Origin: Eledone cirrhosa
Taxonomy: Eukaryota
Reading direction: 5' to 3'
NCBI GenBank assembly: GCA_964016885.1
Contig: OZ024743.1
Span: 198,524,001-198,588,000, forward strand
Length of the DNA: 64,000 nt
A model generated the notes under the pieces. It made no database searches. It saw nothing but the letters and a program-made list of their open reading frames with translations, and was not told the origin of the DNA. Shown here one piece after another: positions 25,487-38,293 of this stretch. The stretch's first letter is position 1; every line of letters starts with the position of its first letter. A program made the translations under genes and the position numbers.

Positions 25487-27461
25487 CAAATAATGCAAAT
25501 AAATCTTATTTAAAAGATATTGTGTTATCGAAGTGTTACAAATGCGATCAAAGATGTGAATTCTACAATCTGTAATAGCAGTTGTAGTAGTGAATTCATA
25601 AGTTCTTGATTGTTCCAGGCTTAATGATGAGGTGTTGGTGAACTATGTAGGTAGTTGAACTCTGTAGTAAATGTCTCGAGGCTTAAATGATTGACTTCGG
25701 CATAACACCAACATGAATTTCTAAACATTTATTCTGCTTTAAATGAAGAAATATCTCCGTTTTTTAAAACTTTTTTCGCTTGTTTTGTTTTGCTTAAGAA
25801 AATTGTGGTTAATTAGCAAAAACTCTTCTTTTGCTTCAGTTTGTGAGAACAATTAGTTGCACTCAGGCAAACTGCTTGACTTATGACCTGGTTTGCTTCA
25901 AAGTAGGAATGAAAGTACAAAATTGGTTCAAAAGGTCCTGTAAGTGGCACTGCTATCACTTAAAACATGCTACAAATAAATGAATGAATAAATATTGATT
26001 TCTCTGTGACTGTTATAAAGATCTTGACATTGTTACGAAGATGGTTTGTTCACAGCATGAAACAAGTCTTTAATTACACCAAGTCTAAACACATAAGCTG
26101 GGGAAATATAGAAATGTCTCCAATGACTTTTGTATGATTCTTAAGTTGACTACTTGAACAATACATACGTTTCATTTATTTATTTATATATATTTTTTGT
26201 TTAATTTCTCCTTAAATGAAATTTCTACTTACACCCTCGCCATCACTTCGCTAAAACAATCAGGAAACAAGGTTAAGCTTTACAAGAGGGAACTAAATGA
26301 CTCACAGACCTCACTATTAGATGATATGACCGAATTCTTTAGCCAGTTGTTTTTCACAATTTCTCATTCATTTTTATTATTTTTCTAAGATTGTTCATTG
26401 AAGTTTCACGCTGGAGCGGATGTCTGTAAAATTGTTAGATTTTGCCGTGTACTCATGTGTCAATAATGTGTTTTGTAATGCAACAGAGAGCTGATAATTT
26501 GTACTATGGATACTACAGTGGCTGTTGATGCTTTATATCATGTCATGACTATAGCTACTTACATAACATGCATAATAGTTCAAACCGAGGATCGTAGACA
26601 TCGAAACATTATATTACGTGTAACGAAATGATTGAAATTCATCTTGGTGCTGGCCAACACAAATAGGCTATTTGAAATTGAAAATAACCCATATAAAATA
26701 TAACTGATAGAAATGAAATGGTGCATTCTAAAATTATGTTAATGGTTTCGGTCGTTAGATATACCATCATGCTGGAGGTCCATCCTCAGGATTTGCAGTC
26801 GATTATATCGACCCTCAATATTTGTCACTTTAACAACACACTTCCTGTGGTTCATCTCCGTAGAGGTACATACAAATGAGTATATTCATGGTGTTGTGTA
26901 TGCCAGTAAACAAAAAAAAACAAAAAAATGTATGTCTATTTTACTTTACTTAGAAAGTATAGTTAAAATCAAGAGTATAGAAAAAAGATATTACCTAAAG
27001 TGCTCTGCTGCAGGATCGAACCGAATACAATATTGTTGAGATCTCTAAGCCACAACCTAAATTTGAACTGTCTTCGATGGTTTAACTTGAGCTTGCTTAG
27101 AACCACTCTATTGTGCTTACTCATGCAACTATATCCATCTTTATCTACCTATTTATCTCTCCTATTCCTCTCTCACTCTCTCTATCTCTCTCTCTCTATA
27201 TATATATAAATGAAAGGTATAGAAATTGTTTTAGCGAGAAGCTAACAGCATTCCATAACATATATGCGACTATGTCGTCAAGATGGGAAAAATAGTTAAC
27301 GTAAGATGTAGGAAAAATAATTCAAACTCATCTCAAAATAGAATCAGGATACAAATTCATCCACAGAATTTAGTGAAATCCAGGGAAAAATCAATAGACC
27401 CTTAACTCATGATAAAATAAAGTTTAAAATACCTATCCTTCAATTTGGAAAAACATCAAAT

Positions 27462-27540
27462 GCTCTGTATAGTCTTAAAGACTATTTCATGAAAACTTTC
27501 AGTGGAGATGGTCACGGTTGGAGTTCATCATCAGCAGAGC
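27462..27540 (-). ncRNA. Type I hammerhead ribozyme motif with intact core
   Basis: Minus strand: gctctg CTGATGA tgaa-(30 nt)-ttca t GAAA tagtct-tta-agacta TA cagagc. Stem I is 6 bp, stem III is long, the cleavage triplet is AUA, and stem II is imperfect. Confidence 0.7.
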
Positions 27541-27695
27541 TCAACAGATAAACAGGGCTCTCACAGAATTATAAGCCAAGAAGGAAATTCTAAAACTGGG
27601 TAGTTCACCATCATGCGTGAATATGAAAAACGCACATGAGGAAAAACGGGGCTAGTGACGTCAGGATGAAAATGAATGTTTGTTTACAAGAAATA

Positions 27696-27696
<1 letters not shown>

Positions 27697-27761
<65 letters not shown>

Positions 27762-27838
27762 GTGTATGTGTGTGTGTGTATGTGGGGTGCGTGTATGTGT
27801 GTGTGTGTGAGTATGCTTGTATCTCTGTATATATGTAT

Positions 27839-27905
<67 letters not shown>
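27697..27905. repeat. Mixed (TA)/(CA)/(GT) microsatellite
   Basis: Direct reading. Confidence 0.9.
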
Positions 27906-27906
<1 letters not shown>

Positions 27907-30900
27907 TTGTGTGAGTTCGCACGAGCAAGTGTAAGTTTGAGCACAACTGTCTCTGCACGTGTATGTGTGTGTGTGTAATGCATGTCTGTATAAGTGTTTG
28001 GTAGACACATCCTTCTATGTTGTTAGCTTTGTTAATAAAACAAAATGACAGATAATGAAAATTTATTGACGCTTGAACTATGTGTTATCGCTACGTGTTA
28101 TTATGGTGCGTTATTTAAGTGTGTATCTGTTTATCTACCAATCTATAAGACTGCGTTTTGCAAAGGCTTCCAAGTTCATCTCCGCAAAATCTGCTTGATA
28201 CTTTCTCTTAAGAGGTTCACGACACAAAACAGAAAAGGTTAAATGAAATAGATTTGTATATAAGGAGGAACAAAACACTGAATACGTAATTTACATTAGC
28301 GTTGTTTGATGTTGTTGTTGTTGTTGGTGTTGGTGGTGGTGATGATGGTGGTGGTGGTCTTAGTGATAGTGGTGGTGGTGGTGGTGGTGCTGGTGTTGGT
28401 TTGTGGAGTGGTGTGACTGCCAATGCTGGAATTTATGTTAGCAATGGTGTTATTGGTGGCGGTTGTGGTGTTAGCGATGGATTTGGTGATGTGTTTGGTG
28501 TTATTGGTGATTGTTGTTGTTGTTGTGGTGGTGGTGGTGGTGGTGGTGTTGGTGATAGAGTTGGCGGTGTTGGTGTTGGTGTTGGTGGTGGTGGTGGCGT
28601 TGGTATTGGTGGTGGGGTTGCTCTTGGTGGTGGGGTTGGTGTTGGTGGTGGGGCTGGTGTTGGTGGTGGGGTTGGCGTTGGTGTTGGTGGTAGGGTTGGT
28701 GTTGGTGGTGTTGGTGGTGTTGGTGGTGGAGTTGGCGTTGGTGGTGGTGGTGGGGTTGGTATTGGTCGTGGCGTTGGTGTTGGTGGTGGGGTTGGTTGTG
28801 GTGGTGGGGGTCGGTTTTGGTGGGGAGGTTGGTGTTGGTGGTGGGGTTGGTGTTGGTGGTGGGGTTGGTGTTGGTGGTGGGGTTGGTGTTGGTGTTGGTG
28901 GTAGGGTTGGTGTTGGTGGTGTTGGTGGTGGGGTTGGTGTTGGTTGTGCTGGTGCTGGTGTTGGTGGTGCTGATGTTGGTGGTGGTGTTGGTGTTGGTGG
29001 TGTTGGTGTTGGTGTTGGTGATGGTGTTGGTGGTTTTGGTGTTGGTGGTGGTGTTGGTGGTGCTGGTGTTGGTGGTGTTGGTGTTGGCGTTGGTGGTGCT
29101 GGTGTTGGTGGTGTTGGTGTTGGTGTTGGTGTTGGCGTTGGTGGTGTTGGTGTTGGTGGTGTTGGTGTTGGTGGTGGTGGTGTTGGTGTTGGTGGTGTTG
29201 GTGTTGGTGGTGCTGGTGTTGGTGTTGGTGGTGCTGGTGCTGGTGTTGGTGATGCTGGTGCTGGTGTTGTTGGTGTTTATTGGTGGTGTTGGTGGTTGTG
29301 TTGTTGGTGTTGGTGGTGTTGGTGTTGGTGTTGGTGTTGTGGTGTTGGTGTTGGTGTTGTTGGTGGTGTTGGTGGTGCTGGTGTTGGTGTTGGTGGTGTT
29401 GGTGTTGGTGGTGCTGGTGTTGGTGTTGGTGGTGTTGGTGGTGCTGGTGTTGGTGCTGGTGGTTCTGGTGTAGGTGGTGTTGGTGTTGGTGGTGCTGTTG
29501 TTGGTGGTGTTGGTGTTGGTAGTGCTGGTTTTGGTGTTGCTGGTGGTGCTGGTGTTGGTGTGGTGGGGCTGGTGTTGGTGTTGGTGGTGCTGGTGTTGGT
29601 GTTGGTGGTGGGGTTGGTGTTGGTGGTGGGGTTGGTGTTAGTGGTGGTGGGGTAGGTATTGGTGGTGGGGTTGGTGTTGGTGGGGATGGTATGGTTGGTG
29701 GTGGGGTTGGTGTTGGTGGTGTGGTTGGTGTTGGTGGTGGGGTTGGTGTTGGTGGTGGGGTTGTTGTTGGTGGTGGTGGTGGGGGGATGTATTGGTGGGG
29801 GGAGGTAGATATTGGTGGGGGTTGATGTTGGTGGTGGGGTTGGTGTTGGTGGTGGGGTTGGTGTTAGTGGCGTGGTGGTGGGGTTGGTGTTGTGGGGTGG
29901 GGGTGGTATGGTTGGTATTGGTGTTGGTGCTGGTGTTGCTGCTGGTGTTGGTGTTGGTGGTGCTGGTGCTGGTGTTGGTGTTGGTGGTGTTGGTGCTGGT
30001 GGTGTTGGTGTCGGTGGTGCTGGTGTTCGGTGTTGGTGGTGCTAGTGTTGGTGTTGGGGGTGCTGGTGTTGGTGTTGGGGGTGCTGGTGTTGGTGGTGTT
30101 GGGGTTGGTGGTGCTGGTGTTGGTGTTGGTGGTGTTGGAGTTGGTGGTGCTGGTGTTGGTGGTGTTGGTGTTGGTGTTGGTGGTGCTGGTGTTGGTGTTG
30201 GTGGTGTTGGTGTTGGTGGTGCTGGTGTTGGTGGTGCTGGTGTTGGTGGTGCTGGTGTTGGTGGTGTTGGTGTTGGTGGTGTTTGTGTTGGTGGTGCTGG
30301 TGTTGGTGTTGGTGTTGGTGGTGTTGGTGGTGCTGGTGTTGGTGGTGCTGGTGTTGGTGGTGCTGGTGTTGGTGGTGCTGGTGTTGGTGGTGTTGGTGTT
30401 GGTGGTGTTTGTGTTGGTGGTGCTGGTGTTGGTGTTGGTGTTGGTGGTGTTGGTGGTGCTGGTGTTGGTGGTGCTGGTGTTGGTGGTGCTGGTGTTGGTG
30501 GTGTTGGTGTTGGTGGTGTTTGTGTTGGTGGTGCTGGTGTTGGTGGTGCTGGTGTTGGTGGTGTTGGTGTTGGTGGTGTTTGTGTTGGTGGTGCTGGTGT
30601 TGGTGTTGGTGTTGGTGGTGTTGGTGGTGCTGGTGTTGGTGGTGCTGGTGTTGGTGGTGTTGGTGTTGGTGGTGCTGGTGTTGGTGGTGCTGGTGTTGGT
30701 GGTGCTGGTGTTGGTGGTGTTGGTGTTGGTGGTGTTTGTGTTGGTGGTGCTGGTGTTGGTGTTGGTGGTGCTGGTGTTGGTGGTGCTGGTGTTGGTGTTG
30801 GTGTTGGTGGTGTTGGTGTTGGTGGTGCTGGTGTTGGTGTTGGTGTTGGTGGTGCTGGTGTTGGTGGCGCTGGTGTTGGTGTTGGTGTTGGTGGTGCTGG

Positions 30901-33900
30901 TGTTGGTGGCGCTGGTGTTGGTGTTGGTGTTGGTGGTGCTGGTGTTGGTGGTGCTGGTGCTGGTGTTGGTGTTGGTGGTGTTGGTGTTGGTGGTGCTGGT
31001 GTTGGTGGTGCTGGTGTTGGTGTTGGTGTTGGTGGTGCTGCTGTTGGTGGCGCTGGTGTTGGTGTTGGTGTTGGTGGTGCTGGTGTTGGTGGTGCTGGTG
31101 CTGGTGTTGGTGTTGGTGGTGTTGGTGTTGGTGGTGCTGGTGTTGGTGGCGCTGGTGTTGGTGGTGCTGGTGCTGGTGTTGGTGTTGGTGTTGGTGGTGT
31201 TGGTGTTGGTGGTGCTGGTGTTGGTGGCGCTGGTGTGGGTGTTGGTGTTGGTGGTGCTGGTGTTGGTGGTGCTGGTGCTGGTGTTGGTGTTGGTGGGGTT
31301 GGTGTTGGTGGTGGGGCTGGTGTTGGTGGTGGGGTTGGCGTTGGTGTTGGTGGTAGGGTTGGTGTTGGTGGTGTTGGTGGTGTTGGTGGTGGGGTTGGCG
31401 TTGGTGGTGGTGGTGGGGTTGGTATTGGTCGTGGCGTTGGTGTTGGTGGTGGGGTTGGTTATGGTGCTGGGGGTCGGTGTTGGTGGGGACGTTGGTGTTG
31501 GTGGTGGGGTTGGTGTTGGTGGTGGGGTTGGTGTTGGTGGTGGGGTTGGTGTTGGTGGTGGAGTTGGTATTGGTGATGGGGTTGCTGTTGGTGGTGTTGG
31601 TGTTGGTGGTGCTGGTGTTGCTGTTGGTGGTGTTGGTGTTGGTGGTGGGGTTGGTGTTGGTTGTGCTGGTGCTGGTGTTGGTGGTGCTGATGTTGGTGGT
31701 GGTGTTGGTGGTGCTGATGTTGCTGGTGGTGTTGGTGTTGGTGGTGTTGGTGTTGGTGCTGGTGTTGGTGGTTTTGGTGGTGGTGGTGGTGTTGGTGATG
31801 TTAGTGTTGGTGTTGGCGTTGGTGGTGCTGGTGTTGGGTGTGTTGGTGTTGGCGTTGGTGGTACTGGTGTTGGTGGTGTTGGTGTTGGTGTTGGTGTTGG
31901 CGTTGGTGGGGTAGGTATTGGTGGTGGGGTTGGTGTTGGTGGGGATGGTATGGTTGGTGGTGGGGTTGGTGTTGGTGGTGTGGTTGGTGTTGGTGGTAGG
32001 GTTGGTGTTGGTGGTGGGGTTGGTGTTGGTGGTGGTGGTGGTGGTGGTGGGGGGGGTATTGGTGGGGGAGGTAGATATTGGTGGGGGTTGATGTTGGTGG
32101 TGGGGTTGGTGTTGGTGGTGGGGTTGGTGTTAGTGGCGTGGTGGTGGCGTTGGTCTTGGTGGGGTGGGGGTGGTATGGTTGGTATTGGTGTTGGTGCTGG
32201 TGTTGCTGCTTGTGTTGGTGTTGGTGGTGCTGGTGCTGGTGTTGGTGCTGGTGGTATTGGTGTCGGTGGTGCTGGTGTTCGGTGTTGGTGGTGCTAGTGT
32301 TGGTGTTGGGGGTGCTGGTGTTGGTGGTGTTGGTGTTGGTGGTGTTGGTGTTGGTGGTGTTGGGGGTGCTGGTGTTGGTGGTGTTGGTGTTGGTGGTGTT
32401 GGGGTTGGTGGTGCTGGTGTTGGTGTTGGAGGTGCTGGTGTTGGTGGTGTTGGTGTTGGTGGTGTTGGTGTTGGTGGTGTTGGGGGTGCTGGTGTTGGTG
32501 GTGTTGGTGTTGGTGGTGTTGGGGTTGGTGGTGCTGGTGTTGGTGGTGTTGGTGTTGGTGTTGTTGGTGCTGGTGGTGTTGGTGTTGGTGTTGGTGTTGG
32601 TGGTGCTGGTGTTGGTGGTGCTGGTGTTGGTGTTGTTGGTGCTGGTGTTGGTGGTGCTGGTGTTGGTGGTGCTGGTGTTGGTGGTGTTGGTGTTGGTGGT
32701 GCTGGTTTTGGTGTTGCTGGTGGTGCTGGTGTTGGTGTGGTGGGGCTGGTGTTGGTGTTGGTGGTGCTGGTGTTGGTGTTGGTGGTGGGGTTGGTGTTGG
32801 TGGTGGGGTTGGTGTTAGTGGTGGTGGTGGGGTAGGTATTGGTGGTGGGGTTGGTGTTGGTGGGGATGGTATGGTTGGTGGTGGGGTTGGTGTTGGTGGT
32901 GTGGTTGGTGTTGGTGGTGGGGTTGGTGTTGGTGGTGGTGGTGGTGGGGGGGGGGGGTATTGGTGGGGGGAGGTAGATATTGGTGGGGGTTGATGTTGGT
33001 GGTGGGGTTGGTGTTGGTGGTGGGGTTGGTGTTAGTGGCGTGGTGGTGGGGTTGGTCTTGGTGGGGTGGGGTGGTATGGTTGGTATTGGTGTTGGTGCTG
33101 GTGTTGCTGCTGGTGTTGGTGTTGGTGGTGCTGGTGCTGGTGTTGGTGCTGGTGGTATTGGTGTCGGTGGTGCTGGTGTTCGGTGTTGGTGGTGCTAGTG
33201 TTGGTGTTGGGGGTGCTGGTGTTGGTGGTGTTGGTGTTGGTGGTGTTGGTGTTGGTGGTGTTGGGGGTGCTGGTGTTGGTGGTGTTGGTGTTGGTGGTGT
33301 TGGGGTTGGTGGTGCTGGTGTTGGTGGTGCTAGTGTTGGTGTTGGGGGTGCTGGTGTTGGTGGTGTTGGTGTTGGTGGTGTTGGGGGTGCTGGTGTTGGT
33401 GTTGGTGTTGGTGGTTCTGGTGTTGGTGTTGGTGGTGTTGGTGTTGGTGGTGTTAGTGTTGGTGTTGGTGGTGTTGGTGTTGGTGGTGTTGGTGCTGGTG
33501 CTGGTGTTGGTGGTGCTGGTGTTGGTGTTGGTGTTGGTGGTTCTGGTGTTGGTGTTGGTGGTGTTGGTGTTGGCGTTGGTGGTGTTGGTGTTGGTGGTTC
33601 TGGTGTTGGTGTTGGTGGTGTTGGTGTTGGTGGTGTTAGTGTTGGTGTTGGTGGTGTTGGTGTTGGTGGTGTTGGTGTTGGTGGTGTTGGTGTTGGTGTT
33701 GGTGGTGTTGATGTTGGTGTTGGTGGTGTTGGTGTTGGTGTTGCTGGTGTTGGTGGTGCTAGTGTTGGTGTTGGGGGTGCTGGTGTTGGTGGTGTTGGTG
33801 TTGGTGGTGTTGGGGTTGGTGGTGCTGGTGTTGGTGGTGTTGGTGTTGGTGGTGCTGGTGTTGGTGGTGCTAGTGTTGGTGTTGGGGGTGCTGGTGTTGG

Positions 33901-36900
33901 TGGTGTTGGTGTTGGTGGTGTTGGGGTTGGTGGTGCTGGTGTTGGTGGTGCTGGTGTTGGTGGTGCTGGTGTTGGTGTTGGTGTTGGTGGTTCTGGTGTT
34001 GGTGTTGGTGGTGTTGGTGTTGGCGTTGGTGGTGTTGGTGTTGGTGGTTCTGGTGTTGGTGTTGGTGGTGTTGGTGTTGGTGGTGTTAGTGTTGGTGGTG
34101 TTGGTGTTGGTGGTTCTGGTGTTGGTGTTGGTGGTGTTGGTGTTGGTGGTGTTGGTGTTGGTGTTGGTGGTGTTGATGTTGGTGTTGGTGGTGTTGGTGT
34201 TGGTGTTGCTGGTGTTGGTGGTGCTAGTGTTGGTGTTGGGGGTGCTGGTGTTGGTGGTGTTGGTGTTGGTGGTGTTGGGGTTGGTGGTGTTGGTGGTGTT
34301 GGTTGTGGTGTTGTTGGTGCTGGTGTTGGTGGTGCTGGTGTTGGTGTTGGTGTTGGTGGTGCTGGTGTTGGTGGTGTTGGTGTTGGTGGTGCTGGTGTTG
34401 GTGGTGTTGGTGTTGGTGTTGGTGTTGGTGGTGTTGGTGTTGGTGGTGTTGGTGGTGCTGGTGCTGGTGTTGGTGGTGTTGGTGCTGGTGTTGGTGTTGG
34501 TGGTGTTGGTGTTGGCGTTGGTGGTGTTGGTGTTGGTGGTTCTGGTGTTGGTGTTGGTGGTGTTGGTGTTGGCGTTGGTGGTGTTGGTGTTGGTGGTTCT
34601 GGTGTTGGTGTTGGTGGTGTTGGTGTTGGTGGTGTTAGTGTTGGTGTTGGTGGTGCTGGTGTTGGTGCTGGTGGTGCTGGTGTTGGTGGTGCTGGTGTTG
34701 GTGGTGTTGGTGCTGGTGGTGTTGGTGTTGTTGGTGCCGGTGTTGGTGTTGGTGGTGGTGGTGCCGGTGTTGGTGTTGGTGGTGTTGGTGTTGGTGGTGC
34801 TGGTGCTGGTGTTGGTGGTGCTGGTGTTAGTGTTGGTGGTGTTGGTGGTGTTGGTGTTGGTGGTGCTGCTGTTGGTGTTGGTGGTGCTGGTGTTGGTGGT
34901 GCTGCTGTTGGTGGTGCTGGTGTTGGTGTTGGTGGTGCTGCTGTTGGTGTTGGTGGTGCTGGTGTTGGTGTTGGTGGTGCTGGTGTTAGTGTTGGTGGTG
35001 CTGGTGTTAGTGTTGGTGGTGTTGGTGGTGTTGGTGTTGGTGGTGTTGGTGGTGCTGCTGTTGGTGGTGCTGGTGTTGGTGTTGGTGGTGCTGCTGTTGG
35101 TGTTGGTGGTGCTGGTGTTGGTGGTGCTGCTGTTGGTGGTGCTGGTGTTGGTGTTGGTGGTGCTGCTGTTGGTGTTGGTGGTGCTGGTGTTGGTGTTGGT
35201 GGTGCTGGTGTTGGTGCTGGTGTTGGTGTTGGTGGTGCTGGTGTTGGTGTTGGTGGTGTTGTTGGTGGTGTTGGTGTTGGTGGTGTTGGTGTTGGTGGTG
35301 TTGTTGGTGGTGTTGGTGTTGGTGGTGTTGGTGTTGGTGCTGGTGTTGGTGTTGGTGGTGTTGGTGTTGGTGTTGGTGGTGCTGGTGTTGGTGGTGCTGT
35401 TGGTGTTGGTGTTGGTGGTGCTGTTGTTGGTGTTGGTGGGGTTGGTGTTGGTGTTGGTGGTGCTGGTGTTGGTGTTGGTGTTGGTGGTGGTGGTGCTGGT
35501 GTTGGTGTTGGTGTTGGTGGTGTTGGTGTTGGTGTTGGTGGTGCTGGTGTTGGTGTTGGTGGTGCTGGTGTTGGTGTTGGTGGTGTTGGTGTTGGCGTTG
35601 GTGGGGTTGGTGTTGGTGTTGGTGGTGCAGGTGTTGGTGTTGGTGGTGCTGGTGTTGGTGTTGGTGGTGTTGGTGTTGGCGTTGGTGGGGTTGGTGTTGG
35701 TGTTGGTGGTGCTGGTGTTGGTGTTGGTGGTGCTGGTGTTGGTGGTGCTGGTGTTGGTGTTGGTGGTGTTGATGTTGGTGGTGCTGGTGTTGGTGTTGTT
35801 GGTGCTGGTGTTGGTGGTGCTGGTGTTCGTGTTGGTGGTGCTGTTGTTGGTGTTGTTGGTGGTGGTGCTGGTGTTGGTGTTGGTGGTGGTGGTGTTGGTG
35901 GTGTTGGTGTTGGTGTTGGTGGTGCTGGTGTTGGTGTTGGTGGTGTTGGTGTTGGTGGTGCTGGTGTTGGTGGTGCTGGTGTTGGTGTTGGTAGTGCTGG
36001 TGTTGGTGGTGGTGGTGCTGGTGTTGGTGGTGCTGGTGTTGGTGGTGTTGGTGTTGGTGGTGCTGGTGTTGGTGTTGGTGGTGCTGGTGTTGGTGTTGGT
36101 AGTGTTGGTGTTGGCGTTGGTGGTGTTGGTGTTGGTGTTGGTGGTGCTGGTGTTGGTTTTGGTGGTGCTGGTGTCGGTGTTGGTGGTGTTGGTGTTGGCG
36201 TTGGTGGGGTTGGTGTTGGTGTTGGTGGTGCTGGTGTTGGTGTTGGTGGTGCTGGTGTTGGTGGTGCTGGTGTTGGTGTTGGTGGTGTTGATGTTGGTGG
36301 TGCTGGTGTTGGTGTTGTTGGTGCTGGTGTTGGTGGTGCTGGTGTTCGTGTTGGTGGTGCTGTTGTTGGTGTTGTTGGTGGTGGTGCTGGTGTTGGTGTT
36401 GGTGGTGGTGGTGTTGGTGGTGTTGGTGTTGGTGTTGGTGGTGCTGGTGTTGGTGTTGGTGGTGTTGGTGTTGGTGGTGCTGGTGTTGGTGGTGCTGGTG
36501 TTGGTGTTGGTAGTGCTGGTGTTGGTGGTGGTGGTGCTGGTGTTGGTGGTGCTGGTGTTGGTGGTGTTGGTGTTGGTGGTGCTGGTGTTGGTGTTGGTGT
36601 TGGTGGTGTTGGTGTTGGTGGTGCTGGTGTTGGTGGTGCTGGTGTTGGTGTTGGTAGTGCTGGTGTTGGTGGTGGTGGTGCTGGTGTTGGTGGTGCTGGT
36701 GTTGGTGGTGTTGGTGTTGGTGGTGTTTGTGTTGGTGTTGGTGGTGTTGGTGTTGGTGGTGCTGGTGTTGGTGGTGCTAGTGTTGGTGTTGGGGGTGCTG
36801 GTGTTGGTGTTGGTGGTGTTGGTGTTGGTGGTGTTTGTGTTGGTGTTGGTGGTGTTGGTGTTGGTGGTGCTGGTGTTGGTGTTGGTGTTGGTGGTGTTGG

Positions 36901-38293
36901 TGTTGGTGGTGCTGGTGTTGGTGGTGCTGGTGTTGGTGGTGCTGGTGTTGGTGGCGCTGGTGTTGGTGTTGGTGTTGGTGGTGCTGGTGTTGGTGGTGCT
37001 GGTGCTGGTGTTGGTGTTGGTGGTGTTGGTGTTGGTGGTGCTGGTGTTGGTGTTGGTGTTGGTGGTGCTGGTGTTGGTGGTGCTGGTGCTGGTGTTGGTG
37101 GGGTTGGTGTTGGTGGTGGGGCTGGTGTTGGTGGTGGGGTTGGCGTTGGTGTTGGTGGTAGGGTTGGTGTTGGTGGTGTTGGTGGTGTTGGTGGTGGTGG
37201 GGTTGGTATTGGTCGTGGCGTTGGTGTTGGTGGTGGGGTTGGTTATGGTGCTGGGGGTCGGTGTTGGTGGGGACGTTGGTGTTGGTGGTGGGGTTGGTGT
37301 TGGTGGTGGGGTTGGTGTTGGTGGTGGGGTTGGTGTTGGTGGTGGAGTTGGTATTGGTGATGGGGTTGCTGTTGGTGGTGTTGGTGTTGGTGGTGCTGGT
37401 GTTGCTGTTGGTGGTGTTGGTGTTGGTGGTGGGGTTGGTGTTGGTTGTGCTGGTGCTGGTGTTGGTGGTGCTGATGTTGGTGGTGGTGTTGGTGGTGCTG
37501 ATGTTGCTGGTGGTGTTGGTGTTGGTGGTGTTGGTGTTGGTGCTGGTGCTGGTGGTTTTGGTGGTGGTGGTGGTGTTGGTGATGTTGGTGTTGGCGTTGG
37601 TGGTGCTGGTGTTGGGTGTGTTGGTGTTGGCGTTGGTGGTACTGGTGTTGGTGGTGTTGGTGTTGGTGTTGGTGTTGGCGTTGGTGGTGGTGGTGTTGGT
37701 GTTGGTGGTGTTGGTGTTGGTGTTGGTGGTGCTGATTGGTGGTGTTGGTGGTGTTGGTGTTGGTGTTGGTGGTGTTGGTTTTAGTGTTGCTGGTGGTGCT
37801 GGTGTTGGTGGTGTTGGTGTTGGTGTTGGTGGTGCTGGTGTTGTTGGTGTTGATTGGTGGTGTTGGTGGTGTTGGTGTTGGTGTTGGTGGTGTTGGTTTT
37901 AGTGTTGCTGGTGGTGCTGGTGTTGGTGGTGTTGGTGTTGGTGGTGCTGGTTTTGGTGTTGCTGGTGGTGCTGGTGTTGGTGTGGTGGGGCTGGTGTTGG
38001 TGTTGGTGGTGCTGGTGTTGGTGTTGGTGGTGGGGTTGGTGTTGGTGGTGGGGTTGGTGTTAGTGGTGGTGGTGGGGTAGGTATTGGTGGTGGGGTTGGT
38101 GTTGGTGGGGATGGTATGGTTGGTGGTGGGGTTGGTGTTGGTGGTGTGGTTGGTGTTGGTGGTGGGGTTGGTGTTGGTGGCGGGGTTGGTGTTGGTGGTG
38201 GTGGTGGGGGGGGGGGGTGTATTGGTGGGGGGAGGTAGATATTGGTGGGGGTTGATGTTGGTGGTGGGGTTGGTGTTGGTGGTGGGGTTGGTG

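Noticed and set aside
28217-28423. Minus-strand Pro/Thr stretch ending in a hydrophobic, GPI-signal-like tail
   Set aside because: An in-frame TAA at 28433-28435 separates it from the upstream Pro/Thr register, and hydrophobic tails arise readily from T-rich DNA.
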